Source of the DNA: Bicaudavirus pozzuoliense
Direction: 5' to 3' (one strand)
DNA length: 32,000 nucleotides
Sequence record: NC_007409.1
A program made the position numbers and the translations under genes. Below, in pieces: positions 1-9,431 of this stretch. Numbering within the stretch: the first letter of the stretch is position 1; every line of letters starts with the position of its first letter. The notes below the pieces were generated by a model. It did not search any database. It worked only from the letters and a program-made list of their open reading frames with translations, and was not told the origin of the DNA.

Positions 1-3000
1 ATGGTTTAATCTTCGTTGTGATTAGTCTCATACCCGGTGTTGGTCAGATAATCGACGGCATAATAGCCTTCAGTTTCATTTCGAATTTGGTCGAACAAGG
101 AATCATAGCGGTAAAAACTGGGTATGGAGCTCAATTTCTACAACAGCTTGAAGAGAGCTTCCTACAGCCACAAAACATCGCAATGATCGCTACCAGCGTC
201 ATAGGCGGGATTGGGCTAGAGAGGGTGTTAGCGGATCGTCTCCCAGATATTAGGATTGGCGCCATTGATGCGGCAAAGGAGAAGATTGGGGATCTTATGT
301 CTGATTTTAAGGAGAAGATTTCTATAGGCCTGCATGGCATATCAGATGACGCCAGCAAGGTATTGGACGACATAAAGACAAAGATTAAGGGAAATGCAGT
401 TTCCTTACGTGACGTAGGAAGCACTATTGTAGAGAAAAAAATCGAAGTAAAAGCCCCAGACATTACAAAGATCGATGTGAAACCAGAGGAAATTACAGCT
501 AAAAACGTCAACGTAAAGTTGGTCAAGCCGTTGTCAACAGACCTGGCAAAACAGCTGTCTGAAAAGTTCAAAAGCGTGAAGAATCTGAAAGATCTCAAAG
601 CCATAGTTAAGGTTGATAAAGAGTTCAGGATACCTTACGATTTACAAGGCAAAAGCATGGGAGATAAGACGGTGTTAACGGCAGATTACATGGAGGGTGA
701 GGTACTCGGGCTGATAAAGAATTATGAGGCAGACGTAAAAATCAGCCCCACTTCTTTTGAGAAAACTATCAAAGGAGCTGAACTGAAGCCACCAGAGTTG
801 CACGCTAAACTTAGCAGTTTCGATTATACAGGCAAGGGAATCCTGGACGTTGAGCAGGATATAATTGACGCGATTAAAACAAGCAAGGATATTAGTTTGA
901 CATCCGATGGGAAGGGCGTAGCTATAACAACAGATAAAGCAACCACCATTGTACCAGTGAAGAAATATTTCGATGCTATTATGACGGGGTACGCAAAAGG
1001 AGACTTCTCAGATGTAAAGGTAGCAGAATTGTTGAGTAAGGTGAATAGTTCTGACCTAGCCAGGTTGATGACTGATGATATAATCAAGAAGCTTAAGGAC
1101 TATAAAGGATCGGGCGAACTGAAGATAGGCGACTTGGTAATAGCTAAAGAAATCAAGGGCGATAAAACACTTTATTCGGTCGCAAAAATAGGCCCTGATG
1201 GAAAACCACAGTCGATAAACGTGGTATCGGATATAGACGACCCGATGTTTAGAGCAACTGTTTACAACAACTTACTAGATATGGTCAAGAACAAGACAGA
1301 ATTCGATTATTTGGTTACTAACCTCAACAAAATGAAGTCGTTAAGCCCAGATCTACAAACAACGTTAGACAGATTAACAGTAAAGCCCGGTGAGCGTTCT
1401 ATATCTATAGAAGGATCAGGCGGTAAATATCTTAACGTCACAGAAAAGAGTTTGCCAGGTGGGAGCGAGATCCGTGCGGAGACAAACCTAGAGGGCGTGA
1501 AGGCAGTAGATGCTCTGGAAAAGGAGCTGGACGGGGAGAGGCAGGCTACATTGGAACAACTGCTGGAAAGTTACAAGAATGGTGGGTTCAGAGACGTCAA
1601 AGCTCTAGCTGATGCATTGGGTAAGATAGATAAGCTACCCGATACCCTCAAGGAAGCTCTGGCAAAGTACTTTGATAGAAAGATGGAAAATTCTAGCCTC
1701 GAAGAAGAAGTGGACTTGATCAAGGGATTGCCAAAAATGTACGAAGACCTTAAGACAAAAGTGATAGATCCCGTTGATACGTTCTTAAACAAACTAAAGG
1801 CTAAAGGGGCTCCAGAGAGCGAGATAGACGCATTAAGACAGCTGTTCTATAAGCGGGTGCTAAACGAAATAAACGCTGGCAGAAGCCTAGATACAATAGA
1901 TCTTGCAAGTGCGTTTGTTAAGGCAAATGAAGTTCTCGATAAAGTAGATGATGTAGTCAAGGATCTGAAGGATAGGGGATTGCCGGATAATCTAGTTAAT
2001 GATATAAAAGCATCAATGTTCAAACAAATTGAAAAAGACGTTCTATCAGGGAAGCCACTTGATATCAACCGTATTGAGTTCGATGTGTTAAGACAGAAAG
2101 AAGATGCAATCTTCAACTTCGTGTTGGATAAGTTTGGATTCGATAAGAACTTATTGAAGAACTTGACGCCAGATCAACTGGACCGATTCAAGACTAATGT
2201 TGTAGACCAGTTCCTATTGAAACACATAACCGACAAGAATGACCTGATGGATGAGTACAATAATATTGTAAAAGGGCCGAGCAAAGTACAAAACACAACA
2301 CAACCAAGTGCAACTCAAAATACGACAACACAGCCTACAGCCCAAAACACGTCGCTACCGGGTGCAACTCAAAATACGACACTACCAACACCGAGCAAAG
2401 TACAAAACACAACACAACCAAGCACAACCCCAAATACGACACTATCAACTCCTAGCACAACCCCAAATACGACAACACAGCCCACAGTCCAAAATACGTC
2501 GCTACCAGGCGCAGTACAAAACATTACGCCAAAAGATCTGCAATCAATTGTTAAGGATCCCAAAGTCCTAGATGAAATAAATGCTACAGTCGAGAAGCTG
2601 AAGGATCTGGGTTTACCAGATAAGCTGGTCGATGACATAAAAGCATCGATATTCAAAAAAATTGAAAACGACGCTCTATCAGGGAAGCCAATTGATATTA
2701 ACAACATTTGGACCAACATATTAATGCAGAAAGAAGATGCAATCTTCAACTTCGTGTTGGATAAGTTTGGATTCGATAAGAACTTATTGAAGAACCTAAC
2801 GCCAGAACAGCTGGCCAAATTCAAGACTGATGTTGTAACAGATTTCATGACGAACCGCATAGTCGATAAGACTGACTTGATGCAGACATACATGGATGTC
2901 AAAGCTACAGTAAAAGGGCCTGGCACAACCCAAAATACGACAACTCCGAGCGTAGCTCAAAACATTACGCTAAAAGATCTGCAATCAATTGTTAAGGATC

Positions 3001-4622
3001 CCAAAGTTCTCGAACAGGTAGATGCTACAATCAAGAGACTGAAGGATCTGGGATTGCCAGACAAACTGGTCGATGACATAAAAGCATCAATGCTAGAGCA
3101 AATTAAAAAAGACGCTCTATCAGGAAAGCCAATTGATATTAACAACATTTGGACCAACATATTAATGCAGAAAGAAGATGCAATCTTCGACTTCGTGCTG
3201 GATAAGTTTGGGTTCGACAAGGACTTATTGAAGAACCTAACACCAGAACAGCTGGCCAAATTCAAGACTGATGTTGTAACAGATTTCATGACGAACCGCA
3301 TAGTCGATAAGACTGACTTGATGCAGACATACATGGATGCTAAAACTTTAGTAAAAGGACCTAGCACAACCCAAAACACGACACAACCGAGCACGACCCC
3401 AAATATGACACCACCAAAAATCGAATTTAAGGATCAAAACGTAAAACCACCTGGAACTGGGGCAGGAACAGATGTCAATACGCCAGGATCTGGGTCGCAA
3501 ACGGTCACATCAGGATCTGGGTTGCAATTACTCGTGAAACCAAAAGAAATAGCCGCCCAAGAGGAGAAAATTAAGCTAAAAGATCTGCAATCAATTTTGC
3601 CTGAGGAGACGCTTGAACGTTTCGAGAAATTGCCAGACAGTTTGAAAGAAAAAGTAATTGACGAAATAGAGACAAGATTGAGAGGGAAGAAAGTAGACGA
3701 AATTGAAGGAATTGTAAATGACGTCATAGACAAATACGAGAAATTGTACGATTCGGCAGTAAAGGACGGCATGCTAAACGACTTGAAAAATCTAATAGAT
3801 GCATACAGCAAGAAGGACAACAATGCGACGGAAGTGTTGACTGATGTAGGTAAGAGTCTTGAGGTACTAAAGGATCTCAATAAATCTGTCGGTACTTCTG
3901 TAGTAGAAGAAGCTAAGTATAATTCTACACTTCAAACATACCTAGCCGGACTTGGGATTAAAGACCTAAATAATGTCTCCGACAAACAGCTCATCAAGAT
4001 AGGTACAGATGTAACAAACACACTTTCAGAGAAATTCGGGACTCCTGTGGTTGTTCTCACACCAGAAGAAGCAAAAATTCTCGTGAAAGAATTAAACGAT
4101 ACATTAAACGACACTGGGCTAAACACTAAATTTAAGATAGAAGAAGTTAAGCCTTTGCCAAAAACTTTGGAAGTTATACTAGCCACACTGGGGATCAAAA
4201 ATGAGACTAAACAAAGAATACTTCTAAAGGAGCTTCAGAAGAAGTTGCCTAAAATTCGCATAACTGATCTAATAGTCATAAGCAGTAAGGGAACTATAAC
4301 ACCGATAACCTGGGACGATATCATGCCAACATATTACACTAATGTGCAAGGACAAACATTACCCATATATACCACACAGACAACTACCACACACCACATA
4401 ACTCCTCCACCTCCTCCACCACCGCCACCTCCACCGCCACCACCAAAGACACAAACAATTACCACAACCACACAAATAACTCCACCTTCTCCGCCACCAA
4501 CGCCTCCACCTCCTCCACCTCCACCAAAGTCACCAAAAATGCCAGCATCACTATCGCCGTCGTCTGGAAATGCCCCTAGCGAGGCAGAAGCAGAGCAGGC
4601 AGAACAGGTATTGCTAATCTAA
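1..4622 (+). CDS. Large repeat-containing, proline-rich virion-type protein (5'-truncated; probably the C-terminal part of ATV P1940)
   Basis: The ORF is annotated 18..4622 from a GTG, but the frame is open to the window edge (GLIFVVISLIPGVG...), so the true start is probably outside. N-terminal hydrophobic segment, long charged helical body, three copies of a ~100-aa module (..LPDKLVDDIKAS..KEDAIFNFVLDKFGFDKNLLKNLTP..), N/T/Q-P linkers and polyproline near the C-terminus. Confidence 0.85.
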   Translation, partial: GLIFVVISLIPGVGQIIDGIIAFSFISNLVEQGIIAVKTGYGAQFLQQLEESFLQPQNIAMIATSVIGGIGLERVLADRLPDIRIGAIDAAKEKIGDLMSDFKEKISIGLHGISDDASKVLDDIKTKIKGNAVSLRDVGSTIVEKKIEVKAPDITKIDVKPEEITAKNVNVKLVKPLSTDLAKQLSEKFKSVKNLKDLKAIVKVDKEFRIPYDLQGKSMGDKTVLTADYMEGEVLGLIKNYEADVKISPTSFEKTIKGAELKPPELHAKLSSFDYTGKGILDVEQDIIDAIKTSKDISLTSDGKGVAITTDKATTIVPVKKYFDAIMTGYAKGDFSDVKVAELLSKVNSSDLARLMTDDIIKKLKDYKGSGELKIGDLVIAKEIKGDKTLYSVAKIGPDGKPQSINVVSDIDDPMFRATVYNNLLDMVKNKTEFDYLVTNLNKMKSLSPDLQTTLDRLTVKPGERSISIEGSGGKYLNVTEKSLPGGSEIRAETNLEGVKAVDALEKELDGERQATLEQLLESYKNGGFRDVKALADALGKIDKLPDTLKEALAKYFDRKMENSSLEEEVDLIKGLPKMYEDLKTKVIDPVDTFLNKLKAKGAPESEIDALRQLFYKRVLNEINAGRSLDTIDLASAFVKANEVLDKVDDVVKDLKDRGLPDNLVNDIKASMFKQIEKDVLSGKPLDINRIEFDVLRQKEDAIFNFVLDKFGFDKNLLKNLTPDQLDRFKTNVVDQFLLKHITDKNDLMDEYNNIVKGPSKVQNTTQPSATQNTTTQPTAQNTSLPGATQNTTLPTPSKVQNTTQPSTTPNTTLSTPSTTPNTTTQPTVQNTSLPGAVQNITPKDLQSIVKDPKVLDEINATVEKLKDLGLPDKLVDDIKASIFKKIENDALSGKPIDINNIWTNILMQKEDAIFNFVLDKFGFDKNLLKNLTPEQLAKFKTDVVTDFMTNRIVDKTDLMQTYMDVKATVKGPGTTQNTTTPSVAQNITLKDLQSIVKDPKVLEQVDATIKRLKDLGLPDKLVDDIKASMLEQIKKDALSGKPIDINNIWTNILMQKEDAIFDFVLDKFGFDKDLLKNLTPEQLAKFKTDVVTDFMTNRIVDKTDLMQTYMDAKTLVKGPSTTQNTTQPSTTPNMTPPKIEFKDQNVKPPGTGAGTDVNTPGSGSQTVTSGSGLQLLVKPKEIAAQEEKIKLKDLQSILPEETLERFEKLPDSLKEKVIDEIETRLRGKKVDEIEGIVNDVIDKYEKLYDSAVKDGMLNDLKNLIDAYSKKDNNATEVLTDVGKSLEVLKDLNKSVGTSVVEEAKYNSTLQTYLAGLGIKDLNNVSDKQLIKIGTDVTNTLSEKFGTPVVVLTPEEAKILVKELNDTLNDTGLNTKFKIEEVKPLPKTLEVILATLGIKNETKQRILLKELQKKLPKIRITDLIVISSKGTITPITWDDIMPTYYTNVQGQTLPIYTTQTTTTHHITPPPPPPPPPPPPPPKTQTITTTTQITPPSPPPTPPPPPPPPKSPKMPASLSPSSGNAPSEAEAEQAEQVLLI
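2523..3400 (+). repeat. In-frame tandem duplication, period 441 bp (147 aa), inside the large ORF
   Basis: 'ttaaggatcccaaagt' at 2551 recurs at 2992, and 'tgcagacatacatggatg' at 2881 recurs at 3322, both 441 bp apart. A more divergent third copy lies at ~1935-2280. Confidence 0.9.
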
Positions 4623-4704
4623 AGGACTAGGTTTTTTCCTCATGTTGTTAGAACATTTAGCATTCGTTATTTCTTTTTTAATCTTTACGAGATAACCTCA
4701 CCAC

Positions 4705-5109
4705 ATGGCTCAAGTAGAAAACGTGTCGTTATCGCAAATCATTGCTAATCCATATTTACCACCTTTTTCAACCACATTATTCGAGATTGTTATATTCACT
4801 TTCATTATGATTACTCTCTATCTCATTTTTCGTGGATCTGGGCTAGTTAGGAGAAGGTTAGTACTCTTACTGATTGCGATTTATGTCATTGTGTTACAGC
4901 TGTTTTTTACGCCATATGAGTACACAACAGCCCGTCTACTACCTAATGGAACAGTGGATTATGTTGTGTACACATCGCAAGCGAACATTGTCATGGCGCT
5001 AGATGTTCTCGCTGGTCTCATGCTCATTTTGGCGGTCGTATATATCATTCTTGACTATCTAAGAGGGTTTGGCAAAGGCGATGAAGAAGAAGGAGTGATA
5101 GACTTGTAG
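4705..5109 (+). CDS. Small membrane protein, about 3 predicted TM segments
   Basis: 134-aa ORF with hydrophobic stretches ([19 protein letters not shown]; [17 protein letters not shown]; [25 protein letters not shown]). Confidence 0.8.
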
Positions 5110-5174
5110 GAAGTCTCGCAGGTGGGGAGGAAGTCATTAATTGTTTTTTAAGTTGCTTTTACTTTCTGTCATGT

Positions 5175-5858
5175 ATGTTTGATGTTAAATCGATTAAAGT
5201 CCCATTACCACCAGAAGACCCAGACAAAATTTTATTCCGGATTTTCACTTCGGACTTGCTCGATGGGGAAAGCCAGGTAGATGTTATGACACACAAAACA
5301 TCTAATGCGAAATATCCAATGTTAGTATATCTGAACGCTAATGAACTTGTTGCCAACGCACTGAGAGGTGGGCCAACCTCCGCTGGTTTTGCGTTAAGGC
5401 TTATAACGCCTCTTTTCGTCCCAGATTACCCCTTGGTGTTGGTACGCTCAATATTGTGCAGAGGTACAGTATGTGTTGGTGTTGATCATAAACTAAACGT
5501 GGAATTCCTGGAAACGTTCATTCAATCAGATAAGCTACTTTATCTTGTTGCGCTAAATTATCTGGGCTATTCAGAAGATGGTGCGTTGTTTTTTGAGGAT
5601 GTGAAAACCTATGAGCTAGATATTAGTAATGAACAGCGGGAAGTGGCTAAACAATACCTAGAGGTAATGAAAAAAACAACGACCGATAAGATCAATAAAG
5701 CGTATGATGTTTATGCGAAGGAAAAAAGACATAGAGCAGGATATGGTTCACTCCTCGCAAAAATGGCTGAAAAACTAGGCACAAACATGGAAAGCTTGAG
5801 TTTGATTGGAGTTGAACCGTTCATGAGCTCAAAAAATGAGGGCACCAGCACGTCTTAA
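5175..5858 (+). CDS. Hypothetical viral protein (227 aa)
   Basis: Long ORF that fills the gap and abuts the AAA ATPase gene (TAA directly followed by TTG). No recognisable domain. Confidence 0.75.
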
Positions 5859-7448
5859 TTGTTTTTTAAAAATCTTTTTCCATTTTCCATTATGGGCGGT
5901 ATTTGTAGGAAGGTCGTTCTCTCACCGACCTCGTTATTTATTCCCACTAATGGCGATACCATAACAGCTGACGGACAAGAGGTCTTGTTCGCATATCCTA
6001 ATAATTGCTTATTCGTTAAGGATCTGACAAAAGTAGTGAGGAACAAAACGATTATACAGGAGAAGAAGTATGACGAGAATCACTATATCATATATTATGA
6101 TAATAAGGAATTATTCTTGCCGAAACAAATCTGGGAGCCAGTGAAATCTGCCGTTAATGCATTCATAGAGAAGGGATATCTTGATGGAGGAATTCTATTG
6201 TATGGAGCGCCAGGAATGGGGAAAAGTGAGTTGGCTAAGCTGATCAGTAAGTGGTTAGGAATCGGAATGATCCAAAAGAGAGCCGATGATATTATGTCTA
6301 AATATTTGGGTGAATCTGAACAAAATATGGCGAGACTCTTCAAGGAAGAAATCCCGCAAAATCTACCTACAATAGTGTTCATGGATGAGGTGGATTGGTT
6401 AGGAGTGAGAAGGAGATTTGGCTCAACGACAGCTGATACTGCGAGCACTACGGTAGGCCAAATACTTACGGTATTCCTCCAACTATTTCAGGACGAAGTT
6501 ATTGAGAAACGTTTGCCAGTTCTCTTCATTGCCACGACAAACGCCAGGCTAGAGGACCTGGATGACGCATTCAAAAGAAGATTCCCGTTTAAGATCTACT
6601 TCACACCACCTTCGCAGGAGATGATCGAGTATTTTACTGATAAATACATTAAGAAGACTGGCAAGGATACGTTCGTCGTACACGGGAAACAGCTGTCTAA
6701 AAAGCAATTCGTTAACTTCATCGTTGGCACTGGTATATCTATTGCTGAATTTAAGACGCTATTGGAGACACAGAGTTTCGACTCAATATCCAGCTCTTCA
6801 ACGTACTTAAGAAGAGTGATACCGGCTGATATTCCAGAAAAAGTTTTCGACGCAACCAGGGTGAAACTTAACGGGTATATTTCGTTTAATTGTGATGATT
6901 TTAATGGAAGGACGAAGTTCCACGTGGCGAGCTTCCCATGGATAAGTTGGGCCATTCTAGGTAGTTATATAATGTTGCAATGCAAGAAGCCGATTTTCGA
7001 GTTGTTGCCCACGGATAATCTGAGCGTTGAGGAGTTGGTGAGCGGGTTAAAACAATATGAACCGACGTTCTTTCTAATGTTCAGTTCTAGCCGTGACGAT
7101 TACAGGCTTGCAATTCTCGCATCTAGATTGAAAAGAGAAAGGGGAATTGATGTTGTGTTCTTTTCTGAGGACAATAAGTTATTCCCTGAGTCAGTTATGC
7201 TAACTCCCTACTACGATATCTCAAACATTTCGTTTGTGAATGAGGAAGAGAAAAAACAGCTGATCGATACGGTGATTCATTTTTATGGTGTTGAAGCAAA
7301 GCCTGACGAACTTAACATTCTAATTTCTAGCAGAATAAAGGGAGGAAATTCAACGAGTGATTTCTTGAACAGCCTCCAGACGTACATCTTAGCTAAGAGC
7401 AAAATAACGGATACAGAAAAAGTAAAAGACGTGGTAAAGCTGTACTAG
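5859..7448 (+). CDS. AAA+ ATPase, Cdc48/Vps4-like (matches ATV P529)
   Basis: Walker A LLYGAPGMGKSELAK, Walker B PTIVFMDEVDWLG, sensor-1-like FIATTNA, and RRFPF arginine region. The ORF start is TTG; an in-frame ATG at 5892 is an alternative. Confidence 0.9.
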   Translation: MFFKNLFPFSIMGGICRKVVLSPTSLFIPTNGDTITADGQEVLFAYPNNCLFVKDLTKVVRNKTIIQEKKYDENHYIIYYDNKELFLPKQIWEPVKSAVNAFIEKGYLDGGILLYGAPGMGKSELAKLISKWLGIGMIQKRADDIMSKYLGESEQNMARLFKEEIPQNLPTIVFMDEVDWLGVRRRFGSTTADTASTTVGQILTVFLQLFQDEVIEKRLPVLFIATTNARLEDLDDAFKRRFPFKIYFTPPSQEMIEYFTDKYIKKTGKDTFVVHGKQLSKKQFVNFIVGTGISIAEFKTLLETQSFDSISSSSTYLRRVIPADIPEKVFDATRVKLNGYISFNCDDFNGRTKFHVASFPWISWAILGSYIMLQCKKPIFELLPTDNLSVEELVSGLKQYEPTFFLMFSSSRDDYRLAILASRLKRERGIDVVFFSEDNKLFPESVMLTPYYDISNISFVNEEEKKQLIDTVIHFYGVEAKPDELNILISSRIKGGNSTSDFLNSLQTYILAKSKITDTEKVKDVVKLY

Positions 7449-7675
7449 ACAGACAGAAGCAAGCGAAAAACTTTTATACCCCGCCCGCTAAAATAGCATT
7501 CAGTGGGGCGCGCCGACAGCTGTACTGTAACGACACAAAGAAACTAAAACAGCCTTCTTATATGTGCCCCCACCCCACGTGGGGCTCGCTCTAACTTGTA
7601 ACAACTTAAAGAAACTAAATTTGTCGTTTATTTTCCTCCTATTTCTCTTGAATTTTTAACCAATAAGTTTCCGTT

Positions 7676-8545
7676 TTAACTAGTTCTCAAAGCAATCGCT
7701 GTGTACAAGCCCCTTAGCTTCATATAGATTTGGTATGCAGTGTCATCAATGTGTCTTGGTAAGTTGACTTCGTGCGCGTTCTGTGCAACCTCCAGAAAGT
7801 CTAGAGGAGTTCTTAAGTTTTTCTCTATGTCGTCCCTTAATTTCAGCCTTCTTGTTATCTTCTTCCCTCGGAGTGGTTGTATTTCCTCTTCATATACTCT
7901 GGCCTTGCTAACAAGTTCGTTTTGTTTCTCTATAATTATCTTGTATTGTTTTGGTTGTCTTATGACAATTCCGCTCAATTCCTCCTCATTCGGCGTTGTT
8001 AAAATGATGTTAGAGACAGCTGTTCTTATCACTTGCAGGAGCCTCTGAATCGTTTGCATTCTCCCCGTTTGCCTCCTGTATGCCAATCCCTTGCTAAAGA
8101 ATAAACCGGCATCATCAACAACAATAAGAGGGATTGTAATTGAGTTTGCCTCTGCCACCAGAATTATTTGCCTTAGTTGGAATGGATCAATCACCACGTG
8201 TTTTAATGCATCATGCCAATTTCCATAGATTGCCCTCGCTACCCATAAAGCGAATGAGGATTTTCCGGCGCCTTGTTGGCCTTCTACAATAAACTGATTG
8301 AATAAGCCACCACGAAAGGCCTCATAAACCATTTCAGAGAAATAAGCTATTCCTCTGCCAGTCCTATACTGTTGTGGGAAATTTTCAGGGTATTCTGTTT
8401 TATCGTAACGACCAAGCTTAATTTGTTCATATTTTTCCCTCATCAACGGAATATAAACGTCATATGGCGCCGATATTATATTTTCCTGGTCACTTGCGTT
8501 CTCATTAATTTCAAAAAAGTTTAGTATCCTTACCATTCCCTTCAC
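7676..8545 (-). CDS. P-loop ATPase, possible viral DNA-packaging/HerA-FtsK-like
   Basis: Walker A FIVEGQQGAGKSSFALW, Walker B IPLIVVDDAGLFF, and an ILTTPN sensor-like motif. The start overlaps the upstream gene by 4 nt. An internal start at MVRILNFF gives 286 aa. Confidence 0.7.
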   Translation of the reverse strand: MKGMVRILNFFEINENASDQENIISAPYDVYIPLMREKYEQIKLGRYDKTEYPENFPQQYRTGRGIAYFSEMVYEAFRGGLFNQFIVEGQQGAGKSSFALWVARAIYGNWHDALKHVVIDPFQLRQIILVAEANSITIPLIVVDDAGLFFSKGLAYRRQTGRMQTIQRLLQVIRTAVSNIILTTPNEEELSGIVIRQPKQYKIIIEKQNELVSKARVYEEEIQPLRGKKITRRLKLRDDIEKNLRTPLDFLEVAQNAHEVNLPRHIDDTAYQIYMKLRGLYTAIALRTS

Positions 8546-9375
8546 TTCGTTGGTGGTGGTGGGAAGTGCACTATTCCAGTTCCAATTAATACCATGAATA
8601 TTAGGAATACGGCGATTAACATTAGTATTAGCGTCAACCTGGTGTTAAGCCTCAAGCCTAATACTCTGGCACTTATTTCCATTAGTTTTGTGAGATTCTC
8701 GTTAATCTCCTTGATCGTGATGATGCTGTTTTCAATGGGCGACCACAATCTCTTGATCGTAACGGACGCTATAGCTTCTGGCGAAGCAAGAATGGTCAAT
8801 TTTTTCGTGGGCGTGATGTAGTATGTCGATGTGACATCGCCAGTTATCTTGCTTAGTATTTCGATTAGCCTTGGGTCGTCTATGCTTATATTATCGTATT
8901 TCACGCCCGTCTCTAAGTCTTCAAACTTAGCTAGGTACTTTATAGTGTTCCCAGCGATTGCGAAGTATACTGGGTAACTTATATTCCCCACCTTTATCTG
9001 CAAAGGCTTAGTCTTAGGATCTATCACGCTGAAGTTAGTCTCGCCATTCTCATTCAAATAGATGAGAACGTTACCAACTTTTTGAAATACTGGATAGATT
9101 TTGATCCTCTGGTCAGTTGTATCAATATAGAAGACTAGAGCAATTGCCTTTTTCTTCCTTATGTGCTTGGATATAGCTGACATAACTCCTAAATATGGGT
9201 CTGGCTGTTTTTTCGACGTTCTGCTCAACAGGAAAATCAACAGCAAAGCTATGAATACAGAAACCAATATTATTGGAATAAGATTTGTTACAGGGAGAAG
9301 TGTGGTCGTCGTCGTAGTAGTAGGATGTGGTTGCACAGAATTAGTGAGCGTTGGAGGCGGAGATGTAGTGACCAT
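8542..9375 (-). CDS. Membrane protein with N-terminal and C-terminal TM segments
   Basis: 277 aa; LIPIILVSVFIALLLIFLL and LTLILMLIAVFLIFMVLIGTGIV. Overlaps the 289-aa gene (operon-like). Confidence 0.8.
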   Translation of the reverse strand: MVTTSPPPTLTNSVQPHPTTTTTTTLLPVTNLIPIILVSVFIALLLIFLLSRTSKKQPDPYLGVMSAISKHIRKKKAIALVFYIDTTDQRIKIYPVFQKVGNVLIYLNENGETNFSVIDPKTKPLQIKVGNISYPVYFAIAGNTIKYLAKFEDLETGVKYDNISIDDPRLIEILSKITGDVTSTYYITPTKKLTILASPEAIASVTIKRLWSPIENSIITIKEINENLTKLMEISARVLGLRLNTRLTLILMLIAVFLIFMVLIGTGIVHFPPPPTK

Positions 9376-9431
9376 GAGTTTGAAAAGTGAAAAAGAGGTA
9401 AAAAACCAAAGTTTAAAAAGAACAGCTGTTT

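Noticed and set aside
131-604. 157-aa minus-strand ORF and the other antisense ORFs inside 18..4622
   Set aside because: Shadow frames of the long coding ORF. No domain, no promoter-like sequence, and the duplicated shadow ORFs (2369..2926, 2957..3394) just mirror the coding duplication.
2270-2530. Repeated 'caaaa(t/c)ac(g/a)acac' units considered as a CRISPR-like array
   Set aside because: Short, in-frame, degenerate, without conserved repeat/spacer lengths; they encode N-T-T-x-P linkers.
2308-2571. +2-frame ORF of Q/H/R repeats
   Set aside because: Frame-shifted reading of the 'caaaatacgacaca' linker repeats within the large ORF.
5859-5891. TTG start giving exactly 529 aa for the AAA ATPase
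   Set aside because: Not rejected outright, but the ATG at 5892 is equally or more plausible, so the first 11 residues should not be used as evidence.
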